A stretch of 27,258 bases of DNA, from positions 1 through 27,258 of the IMG/VR virus record IMGVR_UViG_3300038393_001232; one strand, 5' to 3'. Both the position numbers and the translations under genes were made by a program. The stretch's first letter is position 1. Each line of letters begins with the position of its first letter. The notes beneath the pieces were generated by a model that saw only the letters and a list, made by a program, of their open reading frames with translations, was not told the DNA's origin and made no database searches. Source of the DNA: a virus (Duplodnaviria; Caudoviricetes). This document shows positions 17,804 to 26,140 of this stretch, in pieces.

Positions 17804-18856
17804 ATGACCCAGCTCCCCGCCGACCCCTCGACCTTCGCTGCCGTGCTCGCTAAGGCCATGCCGGGCGAGGTGATCGTGCTTGCGCCGGGTTCGTACGGCG
17901 ACCTCACGGTGCGCCGCCCGGGCGTCACGATTCAGGGGCCTGCGGATGCGGTCGTGCGCTCGATCAACGTCATCTCGCCAGGCAACGGCGTCACCCTGCG
18001 CGGCTTCACGGTTCAGATGGCGCCCAACGCGGCCACGGTCTCGACCCTCGGCGCGGTGCGGTTCGCCTCGGTGACGGACGCCGTCGTGGACGGCCTGACG
18101 ATCACGTGCGGGAATGCCGTTGTCGGCGTCTCGCCGGACGCTGATCCGACCATGCCGCGACCCGGCAACAACGTCCTGGGCCTGCCGACCGGGACCGGGC
18201 TCGTGCTCCAGAACGTCGCGCGCGCCACCGTGACCAACTGCGACATCTCCCGGGCCTTCGCGGGCGTCCAGGTCAGCGATGCCTCGGGGCTGCTCATTGA
18301 CCGCTGCCATGTTCATGACGTGCGCACCTCGGGCATCCACGGCTCGGTGCTGGGTGACATCACGATCACCAACAACCGACTGGAGAAGGCCGCGCCCTGG
18401 AAACTGGGCGGCGCCGGCGACCATGCGGACGGCGTCCACCTCTGGACTGATCCGGCTAAGGCTGCGCTGGGCCGGGCGATGAACATTGTGGTCAGCGACA
18501 ACCTGCTGATCTACGACGTGGCGCTGCTTCCGATCTACCTCGACGACAACTCGAACGGGATCGGCTACGGCGCGGCCGACATCAGCCGCAACGTGATCTT
18601 GGGGGCCCACGCGCTTGGGGTGGCGCTTGAGAACGTCCAGGGTCAAGCGAACGACAATGTCCTGCTGCCGGTGGCGGGCGATCCGGCCCACAACATGCCG
18701 GGGATCTACCCGACCGCGGGCTCGATCGTGGCGCTCAACCGCAACACGGCGAGCGACCTGCAGAAGTCGTTCGCCAACGCTCCGCCGGCCAACAGCAACG
18801 TGAGCCTGCGCCCGACCGCCGCCATGGTCGCGGCCTTGGCGAAGCTGGTGACCTGA
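17804..18856 (+). CDS. Right-handed parallel beta-helix protein (pectin-lyase-like, putative depolymerase)
   Basis: PGEVIVLAPGSY start, repeated I/V-x-N-N coils, DHADGVHLW; start re-called at ATG 17804. Confidence 0.8.
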   Translation: MTQLPADPSTFAAVLAKAMPGEVIVLAPGSYGDLTVRRPGVTIQGPADAVVRSINVISPGNGVTLRGFTVQMAPNAATVSTLGAVRFASVTDAVVDGLTITCGNAVVGVSPDADPTMPRPGNNVLGLPTGTGLVLQNVARATVTNCDISRAFAGVQVSDASGLLIDRCHVHDVRTSGIHGSVLGDITITNNRLEKAAPWKLGGAGDHADGVHLWTDPAKAALGRAMNIVVSDNLLIYDVALLPIYLDDNSNGIGYGAADISRNVILGAHALGVALENVQGQANDNVLLPVAGDPAHNMPGIYPTAGSIVALNRNTASDLQKSFANAPPANSNVSLRPTAAMVAALAKLVT

Positions 18857-18869
18857 CCGCGGCAAGCCG

Positions 18870-18897
18870 CTGAGAAACCAGCCGCTAGCCCGAGACT
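18870..18897 (+). promoter_or_regulatory. Late promoter motif, copy 5 (leaderless)
   Basis: CTGAGA-N16-GAGACT-6 nt-ATG 18904. Confidence 0.75.
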
Positions 18898-18903
18898 GCG
18901 TCC

Positions 18904-19545
18904 ATGGCCGATAAGGACTACTCGCAGCTCACGAGCGCCACGACGGCCGGCGATTCCGACCTCATCGCCATCTATCCGACCGGCGGTCCGCTGAAGAAGC
19001 TCACCTGGGCGACCTTCAAGAGCCTGGTGATCACGGCGTTGGGCACGACCTATCTGACGGTCGCGAACAACCTCTCCGACCTGGCCTCGGCCTCAGCGGC
19101 GCGGGCTAACCTCGGGCTCGGGACGGCCGCGACACTGGCGTCTTCAGCGCTATTCCAGGTGGCCAACAACCTCTCGGAGGTCGCCAATGCCGCGACGGCG
19201 CGGGCGAACCTGGGAGCTCTGGGGTCGACCAATCCGACATATATTGGCGGCGCCATCGGCAACCTACTCAACAGCCTCAGCACGACGTTGGACGTAAGCG
19301 TGGCCGACTACCACCAGCGCTCCATCAGCACGAACACCACTTTCACGCTGCAGGGCGGCACGGCTGGCAAGACCTCCGATCTGACGTTGGAGATCACGGT
19401 GGCCAGCGCCGCCGTCCCGACCTTCACCGGCGTGAAGTGGGAGGGCGGCTCCTCGCCGAACCCCGGCAACGGCCGCCATCTCCTGGGCTTCCTCTGGAAC
19501 GGGACCGACTGGACGGGCGTGCTCATCGCGCTCGCGGTGGCCTGA
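18904..19545 (+). CDS. Fibre protein
   Basis: Two VANNLS(D/E)...ARANLG repeats at a 33-aa period, typical of phage fibres; beta-rich C-terminus. Confidence 0.75.
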   Translation: MADKDYSQLTSATTAGDSDLIAIYPTGGPLKKLTWATFKSLVITALGTTYLTVANNLSDLASASAARANLGLGTAATLASSALFQVANNLSEVANAATARANLGALGSTNPTYIGGAIGNLLNSLSTTLDVSVADYHQRSISTNTTFTLQGGTAGKTSDLTLEITVASAAVPTFTGVKWEGGSSPNPGNGRHLLGFLWNGTDWTGVLIALAVA

Positions 19546-20285
19546 TGTCGTTCGGACGCCTCTTCCTCGCCAACGGCAACTACAGCCCCCAGGCCGTGGC
19601 GCTGTTCGCGCGCATGACGAACACGCCCAGCGTCGGCCGCAAGCGGCTGATGGACACCCTGATCAAGGCGCTGATCGCGGCCGGCGTGTGGGCGAGCCTG
19701 GACGGACTCTGGGTGCCCGCGGCGGCCGACGCCCAGGCCGCTAGCCTGAACTGGGTGGCGAACAACGCGGTGACCCTCAACGGCGGGATCACCTTCACCG
19801 CTGACCGCGGCTACACCGGCAACGGGACCACGGGCTGGATCGATACCGGTGTTACGCCCGCGCTCGCGGTGCACAATTCCAACGCCGCCGGCGTCTATAT
19901 GAATCAGGACGTCAACCTCAACGGCGGCCAGCTCGCCGCCGGTAGCATCGAGGTCTTCGTCAAGGCCACCGGCCCGCAGCTTCAGGGCTTCAGCGAGGGC
20001 AGCAGCGCCTTCGTCTCTGTCGTGGACGGGACCGGCTATTCGGCGCTGACTCGCACCGACGGCACGACGATCACGCTTCAGAAGAACGCGACCCAGACGG
20101 CCTCGGCGCACTCCAGCTCAGGCTTTTCGGGTCTCCCAACCTCGCTCATGTCGATTGCCGGCGGCGTCGCGCTGAGCACCGGCCGGATGGCTGCGGCGCA
20201 CGTGGGCTCGGGTCTCACCACGACGCAGCTCAGCAACCTCTACGCCGCCCTGCTGAGCTACCTGACCAACATCGGGGCCAACTGA
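19545..20285 (+). CDS. Putative receptor-binding/lectin-like fibre partner
   Basis: TGATG coupling; FTADRGYTGNGTTGWIDTG and a beta-sandwich-like pattern. Confidence 0.6.
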   Translation: MSFGRLFLANGNYSPQAVALFARMTNTPSVGRKRLMDTLIKALIAAGVWASLDGLWVPAAADAQAASLNWVANNAVTLNGGITFTADRGYTGNGTTGWIDTGVTPALAVHNSNAAGVYMNQDVNLNGGQLAAGSIEVFVKATGPQLQGFSEGSSAFVSVVDGTGYSALTRTDGTTITLQKNATQTASAHSSSGFSGLPTSLMSIAGGVALSTGRMAAAHVGSGLTTTQLSNLYAALLSYLTNIGAN

Positions 20286-20323
20286 GGGCTTGATCGCGCC
20301 CTTGTGCGCAAGCCCGCTCATCG

Positions 20324-20351
20324 CTGAGCAGGCTACCGCACGCCCGATGAT
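20324..20351 (+). promoter_or_regulatory. Late promoter motif, copy 6 (leaderless)
   Basis: CTGAGC-N16-GATGAT-7 nt-ATG 20359. Confidence 0.7.
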
Positions 20352-20358
20352 GTCGTCC

Positions 20359-20631
20359 ATGGCCGCATCGCCCTACCTCGCCCAGGCTCTGCAATCGCTG
20401 AGCGCGCCGCAGAGCCCGCAGCCGACGCCCCAGCTCACCCCGGAGCAGATGGCGCAGTTCGCCCAGAAGGCGCAGGCCTACCAGCAGGCGAATCCGGGCG
20501 GAAACTATCTCGGCCACAACCTGATGCAGGCCGGCCGCAACCTCATGGGCTTGCCCGGCCAAGTCGGCGGCGGCCTCGCCAATCTCGCCCAGTCGTTCGG
20601 CATCGGCGCTCCGCAATCCGCGCCGTACTGA
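20359..20631 (+). CDS. Gln/Pro/Gly-rich small protein
   Basis: Start re-called at ATG 20359 (MAASPYLAQ...) from promoter geometry. Confidence 0.6.
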   Translation: MAASPYLAQALQSLSAPQSPQPTPQLTPEQMAQFAQKAQAYQQANPGGNYLGHNLMQAGRNLMGLPGQVGGGLANLAQSFGIGAPQSAPY

Positions 20632-20655
20632 GCAAGCCCGCGCTCCGCCCATCCT
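20628..20655 (+). promoter_or_regulatory. Late promoter motif, copy 7 (head operon)
   Basis: CTGAGC-N16-CATCCT, followed by AGGAG SD and TTG 20676. Confidence 0.7.
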
Positions 20656-20675
20656 GAAGCCTCCAGGAGAGCACC

Positions 20676-20984
20676 TTGGCGCGTTTCACCTATCGGACCT
20701 GCAAGTGCTGCCGGAACCTCCACGAGGTCTCCGCGTGGCCGACCGAATGCGAGGGGCATTTCGGTCCAGCGGTCCGCGTCGGCCCACAGATCATCTCGGA
20801 CACCATTGAGCCGTTCCAGTCGATGGCTTCTGGCGCCGTCTTCTCGTCGAAGAGCCGCTACCGGGCCGATCTTCGGGCCCGCGGCATGATCGAGGTGGGC
20901 AACGAGCGCGTCCAGCATCGGGCGACGCCGCTGCCGCGCGCCGGCGACGACATCCGTCGCGCTCTCCACCAGTTGGGGAGCTAG
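20676..20984 (+). CDS. Small Cys/His-containing phage protein upstream of the scaffold
   Basis: CKCC..H N-terminus; EPFQSM..G..FSSKS.YR..L...G.IEVGNE. Confidence 0.7.
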   Translation: MARFTYRTCKCCRNLHEVSAWPTECEGHFGPAVRVGPQIISDTIEPFQSMASGAVFSSKSRYRADLRARGMIEVGNERVQHRATPLPRAGDDIRRALHQLGS

Positions 20985-20987
20985 GCC

Positions 20988-22172
20988 ATGGCCGATGGAA
21001 CGAGCCTTCGGGATACGATCGCTGCGGCGATGAAGGGCGATGAAGGCGGCGAAGGCGCGCCTGTCGTCGATCCCGTCGCGGTAGTGGCCGCGCAGGAGGG
21101 CGCCGAAGCGGCCGCGCAGTCGCCACCGTCCACTGGGGAGGCCGAACAAGGCCATGACGGCTCTCCCGGCGCGCCGGAGCGCGACGACAAGGGCCGCTTC
21201 AAGCCCAAGACCGACACTGAGGCCCAGGCCGGCGCGGAGTCGCCGCCTGCCGCGCCCGATCTCAAGACCCCCGCAGCTGCGGCGTCCCCGGAACCTCAGG
21301 AGACTGAGACGATCCGGGTCCCGCACGCGCTGCCTGCACCCCTGAAGGCGAAGTTCAAGGAGCTTCCGGCCGAGTGGCGCGACGCGTTCACGAAGCAGGA
21401 AGATTCGATCGCCGCCTTCAAGGACGAGCAGGCGCCGAAGGCCGCGAGGCTCAAGCGCTTCGACGAGATCCTGGGTCCGCACCTGGATCGTTGGCGCTTC
21501 AACGGCTTGGACGAGTTCTCAGGTGTTCAGACGCTGCTCGCAGCCCAGAACATCCTCGAACGCAACCCGGTTGAAGGCCTGGTCCATATCGCCCGCTCGT
21601 ACGGCGTTTCTCCCGCTCATCTTGCGCAGGTCCTTGGGGCCGCGCCAGGACAGGCCCAGACGACCGCGCCAGGAGGGCAGCAAGCCTCGACCTCGCCGGA
21701 CCTGAGCGCCGCCCTTGCGCCGCTGGTGAGCGAGATTCAGACCCTCAAGCAGGGCTTCCAGCGTCAGTCCGCCGATTCCGAGGCGCGAGAAATCGCGTCC
21801 GTGAACAACGAGGTCGCCAAGTTCCGCGCCGACCCCAAGCACCTCTACTTCGACAACGTCAGGGACCGCATGGGTCACCTGATCGCGACGGAGCAGGCCC
21901 AGGGGCTTGAGGACGCCTACGAGATGGCGATCTGGGCCGACCCCGCCATCCGTGCGATCCTGATCGCCGAGCAGGCCAAGCCTGCCTCGCCGACGCCCGA
22001 TCCCGCGCGTGAGCGGGTCCAGCAGGAACAGCGGAAAGCCGCTCAAGCCCAACAAGCTGCCGGGTCTGTCACCGGGGCTCCCGCACCGGGCGCGCAAGCG
22101 CCTCCGGGGCCCGTTGGATCCGTCCGCGATTCGATCCGCGCCGCCATGCAGGAAGTCAGCGGCGCGGTCTGA
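20988..22172 (+). CDS. Probable capsid scaffolding protein
   Basis: Acidic/Pro-rich N-terminus with RDDKGRF, helical body, LEDAYEMAIWADP; immediately upstream of the capsid gene. Confidence 0.7.
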   Translation: MADGTSLRDTIAAAMKGDEGGEGAPVVDPVAVVAAQEGAEAAAQSPPSTGEAEQGHDGSPGAPERDDKGRFKPKTDTEAQAGAESPPAAPDLKTPAAAASPEPQETETIRVPHALPAPLKAKFKELPAEWRDAFTKQEDSIAAFKDEQAPKAARLKRFDEILGPHLDRWRFNGLDEFSGVQTLLAAQNILERNPVEGLVHIARSYGVSPAHLAQVLGAAPGQAQTTAPGGQQASTSPDLSAALAPLVSEIQTLKQGFQRQSADSEAREIASVNNEVAKFRADPKHLYFDNVRDRMGHLIATEQAQGLEDAYEMAIWADPAIRAILIAEQAKPASPTPDPARERVQQEQRKAAQAQQAAGSVTGAPAPGAQAPPGPVGSVRDSIRAAMQEVSGAV

Positions 22173-22209
22173 TCGCCTTTGCCCCCGCGAGGGGCAGGGA
22201 GCATGACAG

Positions 22210-23181
22210 ATGGCCTCTCCGGGCCTTTCCGAAATCGTCACCACGACGCTGCGCAACCGCTCGGGCGTCGTGGCCGACAACATGAGCAAGAACAACGCCT
22301 TGCTCTACCGCCTCTCCAAGAGGGGCAAGGTCAAGCCGCTGTCCGGCGGCCGGACCATCGCCCGCGAGCTCGCCTACAGCGAGAACAGCACCTATCAGCG
22401 CTATTCCGGCTACGAGACCCTCAACGTTTCGCCGTCGGACGTGATCAGCTCCGCCGAGTACGACTGGAAGCAGGCGTCCGTGGCGGTGACGATCAGCGGC
22501 CTGGAGCAGGCGCAGAACAGCGGCGAAGACGCCCTGATCGACCTCCTCGAGCAGCGTATCGAGGTCGCCGAGAAGACCATGCAGAACAACCTGTCGCTGG
22601 ACATGTACAGCGACGGCACCGCCAGCTCCGGCAAGCAGGTGGGTGGTCTGCAACTGCTCGTCGCCGACACGCCCACCTCGGGCACGATCGGCGGCATCAA
22701 CCGGGCCACCTACACCTTCTGGCGCAACCAGAAGTTCCGGTGTTCGACGGATGGGACGGGGGCGGCTTCGGCCACCAACATCCAGACCTACATGAACACC
22801 CTGTTCCTGAACTGCCAGCGTCAGTCCGACAAGCCGGACCTGATCATGGCCGACAACACGTTCTACCAGCTCTACTGGTCGAGCTTGCAGGCGATCCAGC
22901 GGATCACCTCGTCGGACATGGCCCAGGCCGGCTTCACGTCGCTGCAGTACATGAACGCCGACGTGATCGCCGACGGCGGCATCGGCGGCGGGGCTCCGTC
23001 GAAGCATCTCTACATGCTGAACACGGACTACATCTACTGGCAGCCCCACCGCGACCGGAACATGGTCCCGCTGGACAAGATCCAGTCGCTGAACCAGGAC
23101 GCCACCGTCCAGCTCATCATCTTCATGGGCAACATGACCCTGTCGAATGCTGAGCTTCAGGGCGTCCTCTGGAGCACCTGA
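22210..23181 (+). CDS. Major capsid protein
   Basis: 323 aa after the scaffold; TTLRNRS..ADN..NNALL, YSGYETL, GGINRAT..FWRNQ motifs; strongly biased codon usage. Confidence 0.85.
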   Translation: MASPGLSEIVTTTLRNRSGVVADNMSKNNALLYRLSKRGKVKPLSGGRTIARELAYSENSTYQRYSGYETLNVSPSDVISSAEYDWKQASVAVTISGLEQAQNSGEDALIDLLEQRIEVAEKTMQNNLSLDMYSDGTASSGKQVGGLQLLVADTPTSGTIGGINRATYTFWRNQKFRCSTDGTGAASATNIQTYMNTLFLNCQRQSDKPDLIMADNTFYQLYWSSLQAIQRITSSDMAQAGFTSLQYMNADVIADGGIGGGAPSKHLYMLNTDYIYWQPHRDRNMVPLDKIQSLNQDATVQLIIFMGNMTLSNAELQGVLWST

Positions 23182-23243
23182 TCCCCCTCAAACCCAGCCG
23201 GGGCCTGCGGGTCCCGGCGCAGACCTGAAGGAGGGTCTGACAG

Positions 23244-23534
23244 ATGCCCGCTTCCACGACCGTCTATTCGAAGACGCCGGCGCTGGGGATCAACCTCGGC
23301 AACACGGCGGTCTCGACGCCGAACCACACCCTGGGCCAGAAGGTCTGGGGCTCGGACGGCCACGCCTACATGTACGCCAAGGCCATCGTTGCGATCGGGT
23401 CGATCACGACCTGCAAGATCAGCAACGCCGGCTCGGCCTGCGTCGACTCCGGCTCCTCTGGCTGGACCGCCAACGTGCCTTCCGGCGCTGCGGCGAACCA
23501 GTACTTCTGGGCCAAGCGTACGTCGATCGCCTGA
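23244..23534 (+). CDS. Probable capsid decoration/cement protein (Ser/Thr-rich)
   Basis: GGAGG SD; follows the capsid gene; LGQ...GSDG..YMY.KA...ANQYFW pattern. Confidence 0.65.
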   Translation: MPASTTVYSKTPALGINLGNTAVSTPNHTLGQKVWGSDGHAYMYAKAIVAIGSITTCKISNAGSACVDSGSSGWTANVPSGAAANQYFWAKRTSIA

Positions 23535-23554
23535 TCGGCGGGGGTGCGTCGGGG

Positions 23555-23584
23555 AGGGCTTGGCTTCGCGGCCGGGCCCTTTTC
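23555..23584 (+). terminator. Rho-independent terminator after the capsid operon
   Basis: AGGGCTTGGC-ttcgcg-GCCGGGCCCT stem (two G-U pairs) followed by a short T run. Confidence 0.65.
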
Positions 23585-23592
23585 GCGCGCCG

Positions 23593-23620
23593 CTGAGAAC
23601 CCCCTTGCGCGGCCGATGCT
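23593..23620 (+). promoter_or_regulatory. Late promoter motif, copy 8
   Basis: CTGAGA-N16-GATGCT right after the terminator; GGAGG SD and ATG 23651 follow. Confidence 0.75.
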
Positions 23621-23650
23621 GGCCTTCTCGCGCCTGGGGAGGTCGAGCAT

Positions 23651-24016
23651 ATGACCGGCCAGCTGAACGGCCATAATCCGGGCCTGCCGCCCGATCCGAG
23701 AGAACCCGTCGCGCGCGCCGTGGTGGAAGCCATCGCCGAGCAGAACGACGAGGCCGAAACCTGGGCCGAGTTGAGCGACGAAGACCGCGACGCTGAAGTC
23801 AATTTGGCTGGCGAATACATCGCCGCCCACCTGGCGTTCCTGAACCGCCATGGCCTGCGCGTCCTGCCGATGAACGCCGTGCCGGTCCCTACCTCCGTCG
23901 AGGAGGCCAACGCCATGGTCCAGGCCGCTCAGCGGTTCCTCGAAGCTCGCAAGCGCAAGACGAACCTGATCGGCGGCAAGCCGAAGCGGCTGATCCTGCC
24001 GAAGGGGGTTAGCTGA
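23651..24016 (+). CDS. Hypothetical protein
   Basis: GGAGGT SD; first gene of a translationally coupled operon. Confidence 0.7.
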   Translation: MTGQLNGHNPGLPPDPREPVARAVVEAIAEQNDEAETWAELSDEDRDAEVNLAGEYIAAHLAFLNRHGLRVLPMNAVPVPTSVEEANAMVQAAQRFLEARKRKTNLIGGKPKRLILPKGVS

Positions 24017-24279
24017 TGCGGCGGTGGCTTCGCGATCTGTGTCGCGCCTATGGGCCGGCGCCAAGTTGTGCGTGGCCGCCGCCTGAAATTGCGCCGCTTA
24101 ACGGGGGCGCCGGTCGGACGGTGATCGTCTGGAGCCCGGCGAAGGCCCAGAAGCTGCGAGACCTCTCGGTGCGCGCCTACGTGGCGGCCAAGACGCCCGC
24201 GGAGGCGAAGATGGCTTCTATCCTCCTGACCCTGTTTGCGCCCGATAAGGAGCGCGAAGCGCACGGGGGAGTGGCCTGA
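24016..24279 (+). CDS. Hypothetical protein
   Basis: TGATG coupling at both ends. Confidence 0.5.
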   Translation: MRRWLRDLCRAYGPAPSCAWPPPEIAPLNGGAGRTVIVWSPAKAQKLRDLSVRAYVAAKTPAEAKMASILLTLFAPDKEREAHGGVA

Positions 24280-24566
24280 TGGGCGCCGCAAACCTCGCAA
24301 ATACAGCGCCGGTCATCCGCGTCGTCTCCTTGGATCACCTTCTCAAGCAGTTCATGGCGGCCACCTCCGCCATGGGCGGTCGGACGCCAACGCGCATTGT
24401 GGCATCGCCGATTCAAGTAGATCGCTGGGCGTTTGAAGCCGTCCCCAGAAGCCAGTGGATGCCGCACGGCGGTGTCATGACGATCATGGGTGCGCGATTG
24501 GTGAAGGGCGCTCACGATGCCCAGCCAGAGTTCATCTGGAGTCGACCCATAGAGGCGGACTTCTGA
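24279..24566 (+). CDS. Hypothetical protein
   Basis: GGAG SD; TGATG coupling at both ends. Confidence 0.55.
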   Translation: MGAANLANTAPVIRVVSLDHLLKQFMAATSAMGGRTPTRIVASPIQVDRWAFEAVPRSQWMPHGGVMTIMGARLVKGAHDAQPEFIWSRPIEADF

Positions 24567-26140
24567 TGGGCGGCGCCGTTCACCCCCAAGCCGCGCAAGC
24601 CCTGGCCGAGGCCGCGAAAGCCGTTGAGTCCCGGCGTATTGCTTTCGTCTGTGTCAACGTCGGCCAGCGCTACCCGATGCTCTACGTGGAAGTCCTTAGG
24701 GACATGGTCCTAAGGCACATGACGGAGAGCGACGCCGACGTGGCGTGGTTCTGCGTCACCAACCGCGCGGACGAGCTGCCCGAGGGCGTGAACGCTATCC
24801 AGGCCGATCCGGCGCTCCCGGGCTATTGGCAGAAGATCCGGCTCTTCAGTCCCGACATGCCATGGGCGGAGGGCCAGCGCGTCGTCTACTTCGACCTCGA
24901 CGTCTGCATCACGGGGCGGCTGGAAGACCTCGTGGAGCGCAAGGGCATCGCTCGCGACCACGGATGGCCGACCTACAACTCCTCCGTCATGGTCTGGGAC
25001 CATGGCGAGCACCGCGACGCGTGGGACCGCTTCCATCCCGACGTCATGGACATGCCCGGCAAGCTGGTCGCGCCGCATCTGCTGCCGGCCGACGTTCCGA
25101 ACGGCGGTGATCAAGAGTGGCTGACCGAGGTCGGCGGCTGGGACCTTCTGTCCGACGATTGGTGCCGGTCCTGGCGCTGGGACGCGCGCTGCCGCACTTG
25201 GCCGCCAGAGCACTGCAAGGTGGTGATCTTCCACGGTCAGGAGAAGCCGGCGGATATCGCCGACGGCTGGGTTCCGAAGCTCTGGAAAGTCGGGGGCCTG
25301 ACGGCCTTCCCGATCGTCAAGGGCGTCAACACCGCCGAGGACGTGCGCTTCGACCACATCCGCGCCTCGGTAAAGCGCGAACTGCCGTGGTTCACCGGTT
25401 TCAAGGACGAGGGCAAGAGCTGCGTCATCGTCGGGGGCGCGCCATCGCTGCTGGACTGTCGAGAGCAGATCGCTCTGCACCGCAAGCGTGGCGCACGGTT
25501 GGTGAGCCTAAACGGCGCATGGCGCAAGCTCGCTGCCTGGGGCCTGACGCCGGACGTGAACGTCATGCTGGATGCCCGGCCGGAGAACGTGGACCTTGTC
25601 CGCGGCGCGCCTGCCTCCATCCGCTTCCTTCTGGCGAGCCAGGTCCATCCCGACGTCTTCGACCTATTGGGCGGCCATGAGGTCGTGCTCTGGCACTGCG
25701 GCTTTGAGACCGGCAACGACACGATCCGCGAGATTCTGTCGCCTTGGTGGGACGGCCCCGATGCGCGCCCCTGCGTCATGGTCCCCGGCGGCTCAACGGT
25801 GGGCCTCCGCGCACTCTGGCTGGCGGCGTTCTCCGGGTTCCGCACGATCCACATGTACGGGATGGACTCCTCCTACGCCGACGATGGCGCCCACCATGCC
25901 TATCCCCAAGCCCTGAACGATCAAGAGACCACGGTCGAACTGGAGCGGCAGGGCAAGACCTACCGCTGCGCGCCATGGATGGCGCGGCAGGCGGCCGAGT
26001 TCACCGAGACGTGGAACGACCTCCGCAATTTCGTGGACCCCGCGACGGGGCTGCCGGCGCCGGTCAGCATCTACGTGCATGGCCGCGGGTTGCTGCCGGA
26101 CATCGCGCGTGGGCTCCGCGAAGAGGCGAGGGCAGCGTGA
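24566..26140 (+). CDS. Two-domain protein: GT-A glycosyltransferase plus DUF115/Maf (MptE-like, sialyltransferase-like) domain
   Basis: N-terminal GYWQKIRLF, YFDLD (DxD), YNSSVMVW, GGDQEW, IFHG..KP; C-terminal VIVGGAPSL, LNGA, PD...LDARP, GGSTVG, GFRTIHMYGMDS. Start re-called at ATG 24566. Confidence 0.8.
   Translation: MGGAVHPQAAQALAEAAKAVESRRIAFVCVNVGQRYPMLYVEVLRDMVLRHMTESDADVAWFCVTNRADELPEGVNAIQADPALPGYWQKIRLFSPDMPWAEGQRVVYFDLDVCITGRLEDLVERKGIARDHGWPTYNSSVMVWDHGEHRDAWDRFHPDVMDMPGKLVAPHLLPADVPNGGDQEWLTEVGGWDLLSDDWCRSWRWDARCRTWPPEHCKVVIFHGQEKPADIADGWVPKLWKVGGLTAFPIVKGVNTAEDVRFDHIRASVKRELPWFTGFKDEGKSCVIVGGAPSLLDCREQIALHRKRGARLVSLNGAWRKLAAWGLTPDVNVMLDARPENVDLVRGAPASIRFLLASQVHPDVFDLLGGHEVVLWHCGFETGNDTIREILSPWWDGPDARPCVMVPGGSTVGLRALWLAAFSGFRTIHMYGMDSSYADDGAHHAYPQALNDQETTVELERQGKTYRCAPWMARQAAEFTETWNDLRNFVDPATGLPAPVSIYVHGRGLLPDIARGLREEARAA

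Noticed and set aside
15094-17928. 944-aa minus-strand ORF (also 13100-14632 and 10548-11801)
   Set aside because: Antisense shadows of high-GC genes; no recognisable motifs, whereas the plus-strand products have clear domains.
9676-23620. CTGAG repeats as a CRISPR array or restriction-modification sites
   Set aside because: Dispersed, single orientation, tied to gene starts with a fixed second box; this fits promoters rather than an array.
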